Assembly (NCBI GenBank): GCA_002633005.1
Contig: NMRA01000084.1
Location: 961,267-1,025,266 of the forward strand
Source: Phoronis australis
Taxonomy: Eukaryota > Animalia > Phoronida
Reading direction: 5' to 3'
DNA length: 64,000 nt
Below are positions 24,882 to 38,594 of the stretch, piece after piece. A program made the translations under genes and the position numbers. The first letter of the stretch is position 1; the number at the start of each line of letters is the position of its first letter. The notes beneath the pieces were generated by a model. The model made no database searches and was not told the origin of the DNA. It saw only the letters and a program-made list of their open reading frames with translations.

Positions 24882-27800
24882 CTATAAGATAATCTGGTTT
24901 TTGAATGAGCCACTGAGCTCCTTATTTGGAAGTACGACAGTGTTGAGTATGATGACTTCAGAGGGCACCTGCACACCAGAACCTAAAAGGAAAAAGGAAC
25001 AGCAAATTATCTTCTGATTGAACTCTACTTGGCATACTAAACAATTCTTATAAAGCTGTAGTAAACCTGCTTTCCCTCAAAAAACGAACTTGATTTAATA
25101 CTTAATTGAAAGGAGATAATACTGATGATAAAAATTGGATGCCAACTTACAAGATATAGTAGGACAAACCTTGATATAAAGTTGAGAATTTGTCCACTTC
25201 TCCATGAGGAAATATTAAAGAACAAAGTTTTATGATTTTTATGAAAAAACTTGCAATGCTGCAGCAAATAAAACTGAACCGATAATTAAGAAACCTGTAG
25301 TGCTTTTGAGATTTCATCTTGGAATATTTTTATCAATTGAAATTAAATTTGGCCTTCACGTTGCCAATACCATTGTACCTTTCTTTTTTGCTAAGTTTTA
25401 TTTTACAATTACTGGCAGATTGGTATAAAGTCAAAAATCAAATTTTACAGGCTTTCCACTTTCACAAAATATATCATTTTTATTACTAAAAGCTAAAATC
25501 AATACTTTAGCAGATATGTGGCTAAATCCATAGGCTTGTCGATAAGGGCCTACATAATCTGAATGTCACAGTACACCAAATTGCCTTACAGCTCTCATCT
25601 GATATTTGGTTTCCAATCACAAAGTTGAACCATTTTATTTTGTTGCAAGCAAATTTATTTCCCTAAATGATCTTGTAGCTCAACATATTTCTAAATGCAT
25701 ACCAATGACTGTGATTGATGGGTTCAGTTTGCCTGTGTCACTGAACAAGTCTTTGCTCTCAATTTTGGCGAATGGTTTGTTGGGGTTAGGGTCGTTGGGC
25801 GTGCCCTCTATACGACTCCAGCGACCAATCGAAGTTTTCCATCCAATAATACTGTGGATGATGAGACTGTGTTCCTGAAACATAAAAATTTTCTTACACT
25901 CAGACAACCTGATCTACACTTCAGTCGTTAATTCTTTCTAGATCTCATGAAATAAATACGAGACACATGTTACACTTGCAACCAAGGACTGTTTGATTAT
26001 TTGAAATGAAAAACTTGACACAGAGGACTTCCATACATATACATCAAAATTAAGCATATCTCAGCAAATTCACAAAATAGTACTTCGTCAAGCTGAAAAC
26101 ATCACAGATTTAAAGTTACATAATCTCTTCTAGTCTTAGCTTGATAACCACTCACTGGATAGCTAACTAGAACTTACATAATTAAAATTTTTATTCAGAT
26201 ATGGTCAAGACTGGACATAAACACACATTAATTGCAACAATATATCAACCGGTCATCTTTGTGCACCAAATGTATACAAAAATGGCCACAACAGCCCAAG
26301 TGACCACTATTCACACCAGACATATAAGACGGGCAAACTAACTTACTTTGATGACTGAGTCCCCCATCACCATTGATTCGCGCACGCGCACCCCTGCTTG
26401 TATGGTAACATTAGGACCTATAGTCACGTTGGGTCCAAGACAAGCTGTACGGTGAACACGGGCTGTGTCATCGATACAGACGTCACCAATAATCTGTGGA
26501 CCATTGCTATCCTTTTTCCGCAGGCGTTCTTTGTGGGTATCATGATACATCGCCAAGTAGTGTCGGTTGGCATAGATCGCCGCACTAGAAATAGAAGGAC
26601 GCTTAAAAAAGGCATACATTGAATACAGTTTTGCACCATGCAAGATGCAGTCTCTCCTGTTTACACGATCCTTGTGTAGAACCATATTAACCATATTAAC
26701 CACATTAACGATATTTCATGTGTTTCAATACTCTTCCGCCTTTGACAACAGAAAAGTTTGAAGATCTAGACCAAGTTGATAGGTCATACAGTTGATGCGC
26801 ACAGAGGCACTCTCAATCTGCAGAGAATACAGTCAGAAATTTTCAGTCGAAAGTGTTCTGGTTTTGTCAAAGTTGTGGCAAAATGCCAGGAGAAGAACAG
26901 ATTAAAATCAAAATCATCATTTGAGAATTAGCTGGAAAGCTTTCCTTTGAAATTTCATCAATGTTTAACAACAAACTTGGTCAACTTCTTGAAAATTATT
27001 GTATCTAGGAAAACTTATTCGACGTCACTGAAAAACAGACCTAGTGTTGGTTATTTCAGACATTTTAAATTAACTTCTAAGTGAATGACCCTTGTAGTTA
27101 ATAAGAGAGTAATTTTGTGAAAATTCATAGTCCTACATGATAAACCACCACTGCTTTGTGAATGGCTTCAATCACTGTTACACTGAACACAAGGTGGCAG
27201 CACAAGTATCCCTCACAAAAAAGACAGCCACAAATCCCTCGAAATGTCCAGGCTTACCCAGCTGTCTTGATTTGACTCCAGAAATTCTTTGTGCTGAAGG
27301 CGTAGAGGGTCTCTTTCTCAATAAGTTCCACAAATATGTCTTGCTCCAGCTGAATGCGTTCTTTTCGCTGGTTCTCGAACGAGTTCAAACTGCAATTGGA
27401 AGAATCAGTGGCCATACAGGTCAATTTGAAAAGAATGCCTTGATTTCAAGAAGTTCAAAAGAATTAACAAAAATTATAAAGCAAAACTGAAAATGTTTCA
27501 AAATACTTTCCATAAAACCATTGGAAAGGTTGAAACATTATACAAAGAAATGAATAATGGCTTTACGTCACTTAAGATGAAGGGAAAACTTTGTGGGGAC
27601 ATTACGCAATTTGCATTTACCAGTAAAATATTCTCTTTAACACCAATATAATATTATGGTGAAATTTCACTAATTACTACTTAAAAAAGAATTGCCACTT
27701 TTCAAATTTTCTAACATTGCTGCGAATAACCTCAGTCTTCCAACTGCACTGTAGCTGTGGTGCAGAGCTAAAAAAACATAACTCATTCATTTGATGCCAG

Positions 27801-30800
27801 TATCTTTCACAAGGAATAGAAATTAAAATTCACTTGTGAGATTTCACCATCAACTTAAAATGCACCAAGTCCACAGTATTCACTACTTCCATCCACATGC
27901 CTTATGAGTTTTCATTAAGTAGATGACTGAAACAGTATTTTAAGTCACGGTGGCCACAGTTCTCGAAACGGTCAGGTTTTCTACAATTTGCAAATGGTAG
28001 TTGATAAAATTAGAATATCTAAGCTCTTCATCTCAAAGGTTTGAATGTGAAAAGGGTTAGTTCCTTCAAGAAGAGAATGGAGACTGGTGAAATGCTACCA
28101 CACAAACACATGGGACAGAAACTAACCATAGCGAAAATTCCACACAATCTGAATTGCGGAATTATTAGAATTAAGAGTACAGCCTTTGCGTAATGGGACA
28201 GTGTCAAACTATCCTAACTGACACGCTTCATGACTATGTCGCAGCAATTTTAGAACAAAACAATTTTAAGTACATGTAACACTTAACACAATACAATCAT
28301 TTCATATACATATATTATGCTTTACAGCAGCTTATCATGAAATCTAAAATGGCAATAGTTTCGACGCAATCATCTTCCAGGGTTCTGTTTCATACACAGA
28401 GACTTAAGACTTAAGTTGGAAACGTGGTCTTGCGCTTCACAAAAATACTTTAACTATTTAACTAGAAAAATAATCCAATCCCAATCGAGCAAAACTGCAA
28501 AATCTCTGAGAATATACCACAGAACTGCTAGTTACAGGCAGAGATAATTTCTATAAATTATTTCTAGACTGTGACATGCTCAGAATTTCTTTGTTAAACA
28601 TACCTTCAGAAATTGTGGGAGTATAAGACTAAACGTTTCATGTTAAGTCTTAAATCACTTTTTACGAAACAGTTTGACACAATACAGAGCAATAAGCTGC
28701 CAAGCATGGTGGACACAACATTGCGCGCCTCAAAGCGGGAGACTCCGAGAAGCATATTAAGTGAAACTGTCTCATTCTGAACAGAGTCACTGCCACCTCC
28801 TGTAAGTTTTACTTCAAGGATATGTAGGACCCAGCTTTTCTACTTTTAGAAAATACAGACTTTTACTGACTCAGTGAAACTCTATAGCTTTGTTCATAAT
28901 TGGCTAAATATGTAGACTTGTCAGTAAGGTCCTACAGAACCATATTTTTTTATTATCATTTCTACACAAAGCACATGACAGTACAGATCAAGTTTGAGTC
29001 TAATACGGGAAAAGAAACTTACAAAAAATTAGCGACGTTGCGTCCAAATCTCACGGACTTCAGTTTGCCTTGTGACATTATTGTTATTCTGACCAATTGG
29101 TGGCGTTTTGACCAGACGGCACGGCATTGACGTCAGAACACCATCTTATACGTGTGACAAATCGAATCTTAAACCTCCTATTTTATTTAAATGAAACAGT
29201 CCATAAAAATGCGTACGTCACAACATCGTCGTCCTAGTTACGGGGACACTTATGATTCGGCTATTTTTACCCACCTGTACGCCACTGGACATGATTTCAA
29301 TACTGACAATGTCACTATCTTAGACTGTGAGGACGACTGGTTCAGAAGGGGTATAAAGGAAGCTCTCCGTAAGCGCATTGAGATTCCCTCTTTAAATAAA
29401 AGATTGAAGCGGTTTAAGATTTGATTTGTCACACGTATGGGATGGTGTTTTGACGTCAAAATGCCAGCAATTGACCAGAATAACAATAACGTCACAAGCC
29501 AAGCTGAAGTCCATGAGATGCGGACGCAACGTCGCTAATTCTTGATAATTTTTTTCCAGTATTAGACTCAAATTTGATCTGTTTTCTCAACTGGATGTCT
29601 CAACATTTTCATGCTTTCATATGACAGTATATTCTGAAGCAGCCATACCCACACAAAGAGAGGTTAATTGGGGAACATCACCTCGACCATCTTGCCATGA
29701 ACTTTTTATGAAAGAGCAACTAATTCACAAATAAGTAAATTCTAGAGACAACTGAACATCAAACCAAAATGTTAATAACCCTTGGCCCCATAAATTAACT
29801 CATAATCGGAGTGAATAATTTAAAAATAACTGCAACAAAAAATAACCATAACTGTAAAACATGGTGTTTCGCATTAATGGCTAACAGCCACCTTCAGGTG
29901 TGGCAAATAAAGCAAAACGCCATTTTCTGCAATCATGTTTCACAATCTGAATTAGTTTTCTATTGCGGTTACTTTTAAATTCTTAACACTATTCTGGCCA
30001 GACACTGATGGTACAACTTCAATTTAAGACAGAGCAATTTAGTTTGCTAAAAAATAGGCTGATAAAAATGTACAATGAAATAACATTTGAACATTTTATT
30101 AAAACCAAAATGATGACAAAACGACTTACGCACTATGGAGTAAGTGTCTACAAAATAATTTAAACAAAATTAAATAACGGAAATAAATTTTGTTCGAGCG
30201 TACCATGAGAACGTAAAAACATTATTAACGTTTAACTCACCTACCGAAATTTGATAACTGTACATCTGAGAGTGCTATGTTTAAATTAAGATTAGACTAG
30301 GATTTAGTGATTGAAGTGATTGTATTTCTCCTAGGGGAATTTGAAAATGAGCAGAGAGACTACTAGGAAAAGTGACGGATGAGTTAAAACAGAAACAAAA
30401 GCCGAGAGCAGGTTGCGTGGTTGGTCACGCATGGTTAATTACCTGGTCCTGCGTATGGAAAACAAAGATATAAATGATTAATAGTTACACTGAAGCAACC
30501 TGACAAGACAGTAGCTTGGCCATGGTAGTTAGTGATGACCAACACTCAACACAATACTCATTACTGCATCATCAAAAGAGTGGAAATCTGCATTATACCC
30601 ATGCACTCGTACAAGCTTCTAATAGACACCAGGAACCAATTTTACCAAAGGACATATAATTAACTCCAATCCAATCAAAGCTAACATTATCGTAGACAGG
30701 TTTACATTAAAGCGAAATCTAGTAACTGACGGTAGGTTGATAAGCTATCATATTTAGACTTATTGAACACTTTCACGAACCAGATGTAAGAACTATTTGC

Positions 30801-33800
30801 CAATTACCAGTAAGGTTACCTAGGACCGTAATAAACGACCTCAACTCTAAGTAAAATACCGAAAAAAGTATGTTTTGCTAACTATTAAAAGTATTTCTGA
30901 AAAGAGAAAGATCGAGGATTTTACAAATATGCTTCTTATTACTGTGTTATACAGAATTTGTTAAATGCACGACACTTTTCATTGTTCACAGTCTTTATTC
31001 CGTTACGTTCATACTTTCGGAACAAAACTCTACTCTCAACTGAACAAAGATACAGTAACTGACCTAGCGACATAATTAAAAGACACACGATATTTTGAAA
31101 TTAACATACTTGTTTCATTCTCAAGTGAAGATAAAATGACGCAGTAATGCCACCACAGAGTATAAGCTGACGACACACACAGTGAGACACGGCGGGTGTG
31201 AAATACTGCAAAGAATGACTAATGAATGGGGGTAACAGAAAAGTCACGCAAACAAGTGTAACGTGCGGCGCGACCCTGTTTGCTGCTCATTCAAAACAGG
31301 CTTCTCAAAAGCAATTAAAAGGGACTCTAATACTTTCAAACGCAGCACATCTTGCTCCATGTAGTGAATTGACGTGTTTTCCACAATTTCTTGACGGGTG
31401 ATTTTACGTGCGTTACATTGCAGAAAATGATCTTGAATGGCGCCATTTTGAAGATGCATGGATAACCGACGGGAAAGACTGCAAACCGTTTGACCAATGT
31501 AACATTGTTTGACGTTTGAACGAAGACATAGGGCATACAAACTCATAAACAACACTACACTGTGCAACAGGGCGGACTTTCGATTTAGAAATGTTATTTT
31601 TCATGACCAAGTTGGAGGACTTCCTATTCCGATAATAAATAATTATTACTGTGTCTGTATTATTGTCACATGACCACGTTTATTAAGTCAAAATTCCATG
31701 TGCAAGAAAAGTACATGCATAACAAAAATAACCCCCGGCTGATTTTAAAACACTTTTTAAATGAAAACCTTACATTATGTCTCAAAAACGCTGTTAGGAT
31801 TTTGTCTTAAAATGCCTTGTTTTCATATGCTGAGTGATATACAAATGAAACCAGGTTTTTTTACATAAAATGCCTGGTGTTTTACGAGTTAATTTGGCAT
31901 AAAACCCAAACTAAGTGAATAACCAAAAAGACACAGTAGTAAGAAGCATTTAAAATCCTGAATATTTCTCCTTTCAGAAAATAATTCATATAATTTTTAA
32001 CGGTTGACAAAGCATTAGATTTTTTTGATATTTGACTTAGAGTTGAGGTCATTTATTGACTAGATTAACCTTAACATCAAAGTTATGACTGTCGTAACTA
32101 AGCCTGCAATGATGACCTTTGGTATAATGGTCTCCAAGTTTCTAAAAAAGCCAGTTTCAACTGGAGACTGTAAATCAGGTAGGCTGAAATTTAGCAATGA
32201 CAGGTCTAAGGTACAAGTCAGGTTTCCAACACAAGTCAGGTCTGCAGCACAAATCAGGTCTACAATGCAAGTTAGGTCTACAAAACAAGTTTGGTCTAGA
32301 ACACAAGTCTGGTCTACAGCACAAGTCTGGTCTACAATACAAGTCAAGTCTACAATTAAGTCAGGTCAACAACACAAGTCAGGTATGCAATATAAGTCTG
32401 GTCTACAACACTTAGTCTGGTCTACAACACTTAGTCTGGTCTACAACACTTAGTCTGGTCTACAACACTTAGTCTGGTCTACAGTACAAGTCTGGGTCTA
32501 CAATAAAGTCAAGTCTACAATAATAAGTCAGGTCAACAACACAAGTCAGGTATGCAACACAAGTCTAGTCTACAACACTTAGTCTGGTCTACAACACTTA
32601 GTCTGGTCTACAACACTTAGTCTGGTCTACAACACTTAGTCTGGTCTACAACACTTAGTCTGGTCTACAACACTTAGTCTGGTCTACAACACTTAGTCTG
32701 GTCTACAATAATAAGTCTGGTCTACAAGACAAGTCTGGTCTACAACACAAGTCCAGTCTACAACACAAGTCCGGTCTACAATACAAGTCGGGTTTACAAT
32801 AGAAGTCAGGTTTACAATATAAATCAGATCCAATAAGCCTGAAACAAACCTTGCCCAGTTCTCTTCTCGGATCTTCTTCGCATGGTTTCCTATGAAATCG
32901 AATATCTCCGTTGAAAGCAGATAGATGCCACAATTAATCTTCTGACTGACAAACGTCTCTGGCTTCTCCACGTAGTGTAGTACTTTCTTGGTATCTTGGT
33001 CTTCCACAACACATCCGTAGTTGAGTGACTGCTCTCTAGTCGACTAAACGACAAAAAGTTTCTGATAACTAACAGAAAGGTTATGTAGGGACTAAAATAT
33101 CCAAGTTTGATTAGTGGAGTATCCCATCTCAAAAATGGATGAACCAAAGAGTTGCAATGACCTTGACACAAAATCATTCTAAAACAATCTTACGCTTTAA
33201 AATCAATTGGAGCACATGCAGTAAAACAAAAGGTAAAACCACAAACAATTACAGGGGGGTTGAAATTAGTACCACTATGTTTAGGGTAAAATGTAGCTAG
33301 TTTGCCAGTTGTGATTGCAGGTTTTGAGACAAGAAGCACACATTGCAGTTCAAAACTTGTTTAAAACCTAAAGGAAGCTTTTCAAAATACAACTTCATGG
33401 TTTTGCATATAGAATACATCTAGTAATCACAACATGAGTAATGAACGTTAACATGCATTATTACAAATCCCCCACCAAAAACTAAAAGCATTTCCAACAC
33501 TACTTAGAAGAATTTACAAATGGTGATGCACGTGGTGCTAAAATTGCATTAGGTGCTACATCTCATTTTCCAACCAGCAACTACAATGCTTCTCACCACT
33601 TTGGATTACAAAAGCCACTTACCACTGCACCTGGGCACTATCACAGGCTTTTTTGTGTTTGAAGTAGGGAACAGAGATGGGTGTCGGTGATAACCGCTGC
33701 CTGCTTGTGACAAGTTTTAAGTATTAAAATATTCCTTGCCACCCATTTTAGACACTGGGGACTAAAAACTCTAAATCTGTCATTGAAAAGTGACCCTTTT

Positions 33801-36800
33801 CGTTGTTTAAATGGCAAAAATTGGTTAACTATAACAGAAGAAAAGAAAAATAGCATGCCTGGCACATGTGGTTTCTTTGTTGTCCTAACTCTACTGTGTC
33901 ACTTGTCTGAACGACACAATAAGGCGGTGTGACTTGTGTACAACACCGATTGTCAGAGTGACTGCAATACTCTCAAAGAATGCAGTGAAAATTGAACGGG
34001 GAAGTGCGTCGTGGGTAGGAATAGATCAAATGATTTTCAGCATTAAAACGTGCTCTTTTACCTCAGTTGTTAACATTGTGAATGTCGTCTGCCAGTTATC
34101 TCTACGTTTGTGAGCCTCCAGCATCTCCTTAAGGGGGAAGTTACAACACACGTCAGCGTTCATCACAAAGAACAAGTCTGGTCTCCCTGCTTTAATGAAG
34201 TCACGTAGCTGATACATACCGCCTGCGGTGCCCAGCGGCATGCACTCAGGCAAATAACTGAAAACAGATATTGCATAACTCAGCCCACAGATGGCACTAA
34301 CCAAGTGTTTTAATAGTAATGGATTCTTTAAAGGCGTCATGACCCTGTTCCCAGTGGTATCAAAAACCGAATTTCTTCAAAGATGCAATTGCGTTCATTG
34401 GCAACATCATAGTGTTCTTATCCAGTGCTTCAACACAAAAATGCCTGGAATATTCCGGACAGTCACACTATTTTGGCAATAACAAATTGTGGTTCCTTCT
34501 CAAAACAAGACGTCAGTTTTAATCTGAGTAACAAACAAGAGGAGACTGATTAAATAACTAACAGCAAGTGGCCTAAACCAAAAGTTCAGTTTTGAACAAA
34601 ATGCCCCTGTTTAGTACTCCTTGAAACATCTATGATCTAGAGCGCAGAAACTATTCTTAAACCACTGGTCCAGCCACTGTCATTACCAAAAATTTGAAAA
34701 TGCATCTGTATCCATCTCTCCCTCCCTCCCTCTTTCTCTTTCAAAACCCAGTCACACTTAACTCATTTTCATGACATCTGAACTCAGTTAACATCTTGAT
34801 TGGCAAAAAGCATTGCCTCAGATGTGACACCATCTACATAGTTCATACTAAGACTGTACAATGCTTTGACGGTTCACATTGAATTTTTCCACTTTTTTAA
34901 ATCGGAACGAAGACTACGTGACAGGGCCCTTACCTGATGCGAATCTGAAACTCCTGCTGAACTTTGTTTATGAAATCTCTCAACAATTGTTCAGGGTAGA
35001 ACCCAATAATGATGATCTCTTTCATGTCAGGTACCTGGCAATGGAAAGACATGACGTGATGTAATAACTCTTGATCCTTTTCAGTAATACAGTGATATTA
35101 CATTTTGTGTATTTATAATTCTTGTAAGCTTGTACATTACTTTAATTCTAGGTGTATTATTGTGTATGTGTAAATGTCAATTGTCATATAGTGTTTGATT
35201 TTACTTTATTTCTGTTTCTGTTGACAAAAGATGTTATTACATCCGAAAATTTCAGTTGATCCATTCTTGTTGTTTTATTTACCTATTCATATTCTACATT
35301 TAGTGAAACAGTAGTATCCTTGGGAGGATCTGGATTGCCTTATTTAGTTTCAGATTTATTTTCTACGTTGTAAATGTAGGTAATACATATAAGTGTTTAT
35401 TTGTCAAGAAATGAGGTTCCTTTATCTCTTATGAACTCTCTAGTCTAACATTATGTATTCTCAATATAATTATATTTTCAATAAAAAATATTTAGAGAGG
35501 GTGCTAGTAGTGACCGTAGACTAGCAGCTATCAGAATTCCAACTCCACTCAAGACAGCAATACAACCATGCACATTTGAGATTACTTAGGTCACATGACA
35601 TGGCCGAAAGGAGGCTTGACGTTGTACCATGGGCTTGTAGCAGGACAGCTCCAAAAACCGTAAAGGGTTTATATACAGATAGCCTGTATATATTGGGAAT
35701 TCGTGTACGAGCCTGTGGGTTTGTGTCACATTTGATGATCCCACACCAGGCAGCTTAGCACAGGACAGATTAGCCCTGGACAGCTTAGTACTGGACAGCT
35801 TAGCACTGAGCAGCTTAGCAGACTACTCAGCAGCTTAGCACTAGGCATTTTAAAGCTAGCCTGCCAAGCGATAGGGCGAAGAAGAGAAGGTGATAATTCA
35901 ATATAGACTAAGAGCCTCTCAGCGATAGGTGAGAGGGGGTGGGATTAGACCCCAGCTTGTGAGTTTTTTCGAAAGAAACATTGGCCGTGCACTTAAACAA
36001 GAGAATACCTGACAAGTGGGGAATGGGCTTACACCCAGGGTCGGATTTATACCTAGTGCATATCAGTATTTCTCTTTATATGTATTAAAACATGCTGATA
36101 CACAAGGTTTGAAATGTTTTGCACCATGCTTGAAAATCATGTTTTAAAAGCTCAGAGCCACGTGTAAATTCTTGAGCCATGTTTGAGAGCCTGTTTTTTC
36201 CCATGTTTACACAAAATGATTGAAATTGTGTTCCACAGAGGAAAATTTTTAACATTTAGAAGTAAAAATGACAAAAACATACCCACCAAGTGAAAATATT
36301 GCGTATTTTGCTGTTTTCGTGAATCAACAGAAAGAAATATTACTGTGCAAAAACATGATTAGCAATTTGTACTTTGTTTCAATGTTTTGATACAGGGAGA
36401 ACATTTCATAGTCTCTGAGCATTCAGCGCAATGATTTATGGGCTGATGACAGATGCATGAGCTCACTGTCAGCCAACTTAATGCAATACGCAAAACAGAA
36501 AACTAGGAAAACGTCACAAAATGAGGCTGAGTGTGTGTGTTTGTGTCAAAAGTTGTTACAGACAAAACAATCAATGCTGCCAAAGCTATGCCAGTGTTCT
36601 ACAGATAGGCATTTCACTAATCAAGGGTGGCCCCTTTCTGAAATGATGGTTGCAGTATAGGTTACTTTGAGGGTACCACCCAATCCACTGGTGGCCATGA
36701 CCATCACAAAAGAAAGTGGTCACCTTTCATATTCATCCCATGACCTAACGCACCCTTTCGCTTCACTTTTACCTTTGAGCATGCTTCAATGTGATGTTGA

Positions 36801-38594
36801 ATCATAGGTAGACCGGCTACAGGAAACAGTGGTTTCGGGACCTCCATGGACAATGGACGGAAGCGGGTACCTTCAACGAAGACTTTGACATGAGATATGG
36901 TACAAGGGTTACTTTTACACTATTTAGCTCGCAACGAGATGGAAAGCAAGGATATACAGTAATTCTTCACTTACCTCGCACGAAATCAATTGACAAAAGT
37001 GACATTTTCCATTTTTCAAGACACCTATATCATTTAGCTAACATTGTAAACCTTTCAGTTAGCTCTAGTATACATTCGTCCCTTCCAAATATACAAGCGG
37101 TCACATATTTGGTCCCCAAAATAATATCTTTCAAATGAACGTCTCAGGATTGAATGTAAAAAACTGTGGTTCATTGGTTGTCTTTGACTTTGATTTTGAG
37201 TGAGGCAGTAAATTCATTGATATTGAAGTTCTGATCTGATATAGTGATCCCTGATTAAAAGCACCAGTTTCATCCACTGAACAACCAGCTCGTTATTCAG
37301 TGACAGTGATTGCATCATTCTCTCAACCTGTTATAGGCAGCCAGCTTGCTGTATAAAGACTAATGTCACAATACGAATAAGAACCGTATGTTACTTTCAT
37401 ATATACCTCAAATTTTCAAACCACTCAAGTAGTTCTGCTTATCACCTCATCATGAAACTTGTGACAACATGTGAAGCTAACGACCACCAGGGGTGCATAC
37501 AAACTCTGAAGGTCAATCAACACTCACTTTGCCCATAACAGCCTAAAAACTATCTTCTTGCTTCATTTCACAGTTTTTTAACAAAGAAAAGTCTGTTGTT
37601 CACTTGAAAACAATATGCTCAGGATTGATCCAGCAAAAAATGTATGGGAGGAGGGAAGGCACTTTCATTTTTTACCCACCGTCCGTATTTTTCTTTTATT
37701 TCTCCAACCCATGACCCATACTTTTTAATTAGATTGAAATATAATATGCAACACTTATAAACAAATTGCCTTTAGGATAACCTGTTAAGTGCTTAAATGA
37801 TTGACAGACAAGAACTATCTGTCTTGTCAAATCTTGTCAAAAACTAAAAGCGGCCAAGAGGGTAGACCAATCAGAAGGAAAATTGACATCTTTCAACGCA
37901 TCTATTCCTGCCATTTATCTTTGTGCCAAATTTCATCCATTTGTGCCTATTGCTTTTTGAGATAATCAACCTGTCTTGTCAAAAACTAAAATGTCCTGCA
38001 GAGGGTGCTATGTACAGTAGACAAATCTGTCCAAAAATTGACTGGTGCCAGTGGCAGTGCATACCAGCCGTCTATCTCTTTGCCAAATGTTATCATGATC
38101 CTTTAAGCAGCTTTAAGATATAATTGATGGACAGGCAATAACTTGAGCAGTCGAAAATTAACAGAGGGTGCCACAGTAGTTAAATCCATTCAAAAATTGA
38201 CTGGTGCGGGCAGATTCTCGCCATATCACCTCGCCCGGTATCGAAAGAATTTCATGGTGATCCGTCAAGCAGTTTTTGAGATAATCAACGCACAAGGAAT
38301 GGCTTGTCGAAAACTGAAAACTAAAAGGCCCAACATGGGATACCACGGTAACCAAATATGTTCGAAAATGAACTGGTGCTGGCGGATATCCGCGCCGATT
38401 AGGCTACCTCCACACCAAATTTCATCATGATACGCCAAGCGGCTCTTGACTTGAGACTTGATTGAGATAATTGATGGACAAGAAATGATATTCACAGACC
38501 GACCGGGTAGATACAACAAAATAACGAACGAGTTCAAATTAATGAAGTTACCCTTCTGTGGTCCACCGATTAGTATAACTGCCTTTAAGACCAT
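24882..38594 (-). CDS. GMPPA: Mannose-1-phosphate guanylyltransferase regulatory subunit alpha, 9 core exons
   Basis: Phase-consistent exons (5' to 3'): 38594-38552, 36870-36773, 35034-34934, 34257-34062, 33043-32850, 27389-27258, 26584-26347, 25874-25703 and 24982-24882 (TAG). The N-terminus [22 protein letters not shown] is the alpha-subunit signature (beta has GGYGTRLRPLT). Other matching motifs: [41 protein letters not shown] and the C-terminus KNQIIL. Confidence 0.96.
28983..29582 (+). mobile_element. Penelope-like retroelement remnant: GIY-YIG endonuclease C-terminus between inverted pLTR-like arms
   Basis: ORF 29191-29424 (SQHRRP...[14 protein letters not shown]...[17 protein letters not shown]...PSLNK) has the typical PLE endonuclease tail. 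Arms 28983-29175 and 29411-29582 are reverse complements. Confidence 0.85.
31244..31625 (-). mobile_element. Penelope-like retroelement GIY-YIG endonuclease fragment, frameshifted
   Basis: SVVYEFVCP (ORF 31413-31610) continues, after a frameshift, as [16 protein letters not shown]...AIQDHF...[19 protein letters not shown] (ORF 31244-31567). Confidence 0.85.
32200..32830. repeat. 18/19-bp minisatellite in GMPPA intron 5
   Basis: Units acacaagtctggtctaca (18 bp) and acacttagtctggtctaca (19 bp), degenerate at the edges. The array starts about 20 nt from the exon-5 donor. Confidence 0.95.
35211..35284 (+). mobile_element. Second copy of the dispersed pLTR-like repeat seen at 8314-8405
   Basis: Direct sequence match to 8314-8405 apart from the loop between the stem halves. 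Confidence 0.5.
35750..35848. repeat. Short degenerate 15-20-bp tandem repeat
   Basis: cagcttagcactgga-like unit, about 6 copies. Confidence 0.75.
37780..38480. repeat. Degenerate tandemly iterated repeat family in GMPPA intron 1
   Basis: Recurrent blocks aaaactaaaa...agagggtg...aaaattgactggtg...ccaaatttcatc...gagataat. Similar to the arrays at 51990-53290 and 57000-57620. Confidence 0.6.

Noticed and set aside
27137-27490. 117-aa plus-strand ORF
   Set aside because: It is the antisense shadow of GMPPA exon 27389-27258. The ORFs at 25606, 26398, 38458, 49751 and 60955 are likewise antisense shadows of real exons.
28604-29719. Other exon-like units in GMPPA intron 5 (25 nt at about 28604-28628; 38 nt at about 29682-29719)
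   Set aside because: Their lengths break the frame on their own and there is no other support.
32060-32933. Cys-rich repeat ORFs (CRPDL, DQTC, HKSGLQ) resembling metallothionein or keratin-associated proteins
   Set aside because: They are translations of the 18/19-bp minisatellite, open in several frames on both strands.
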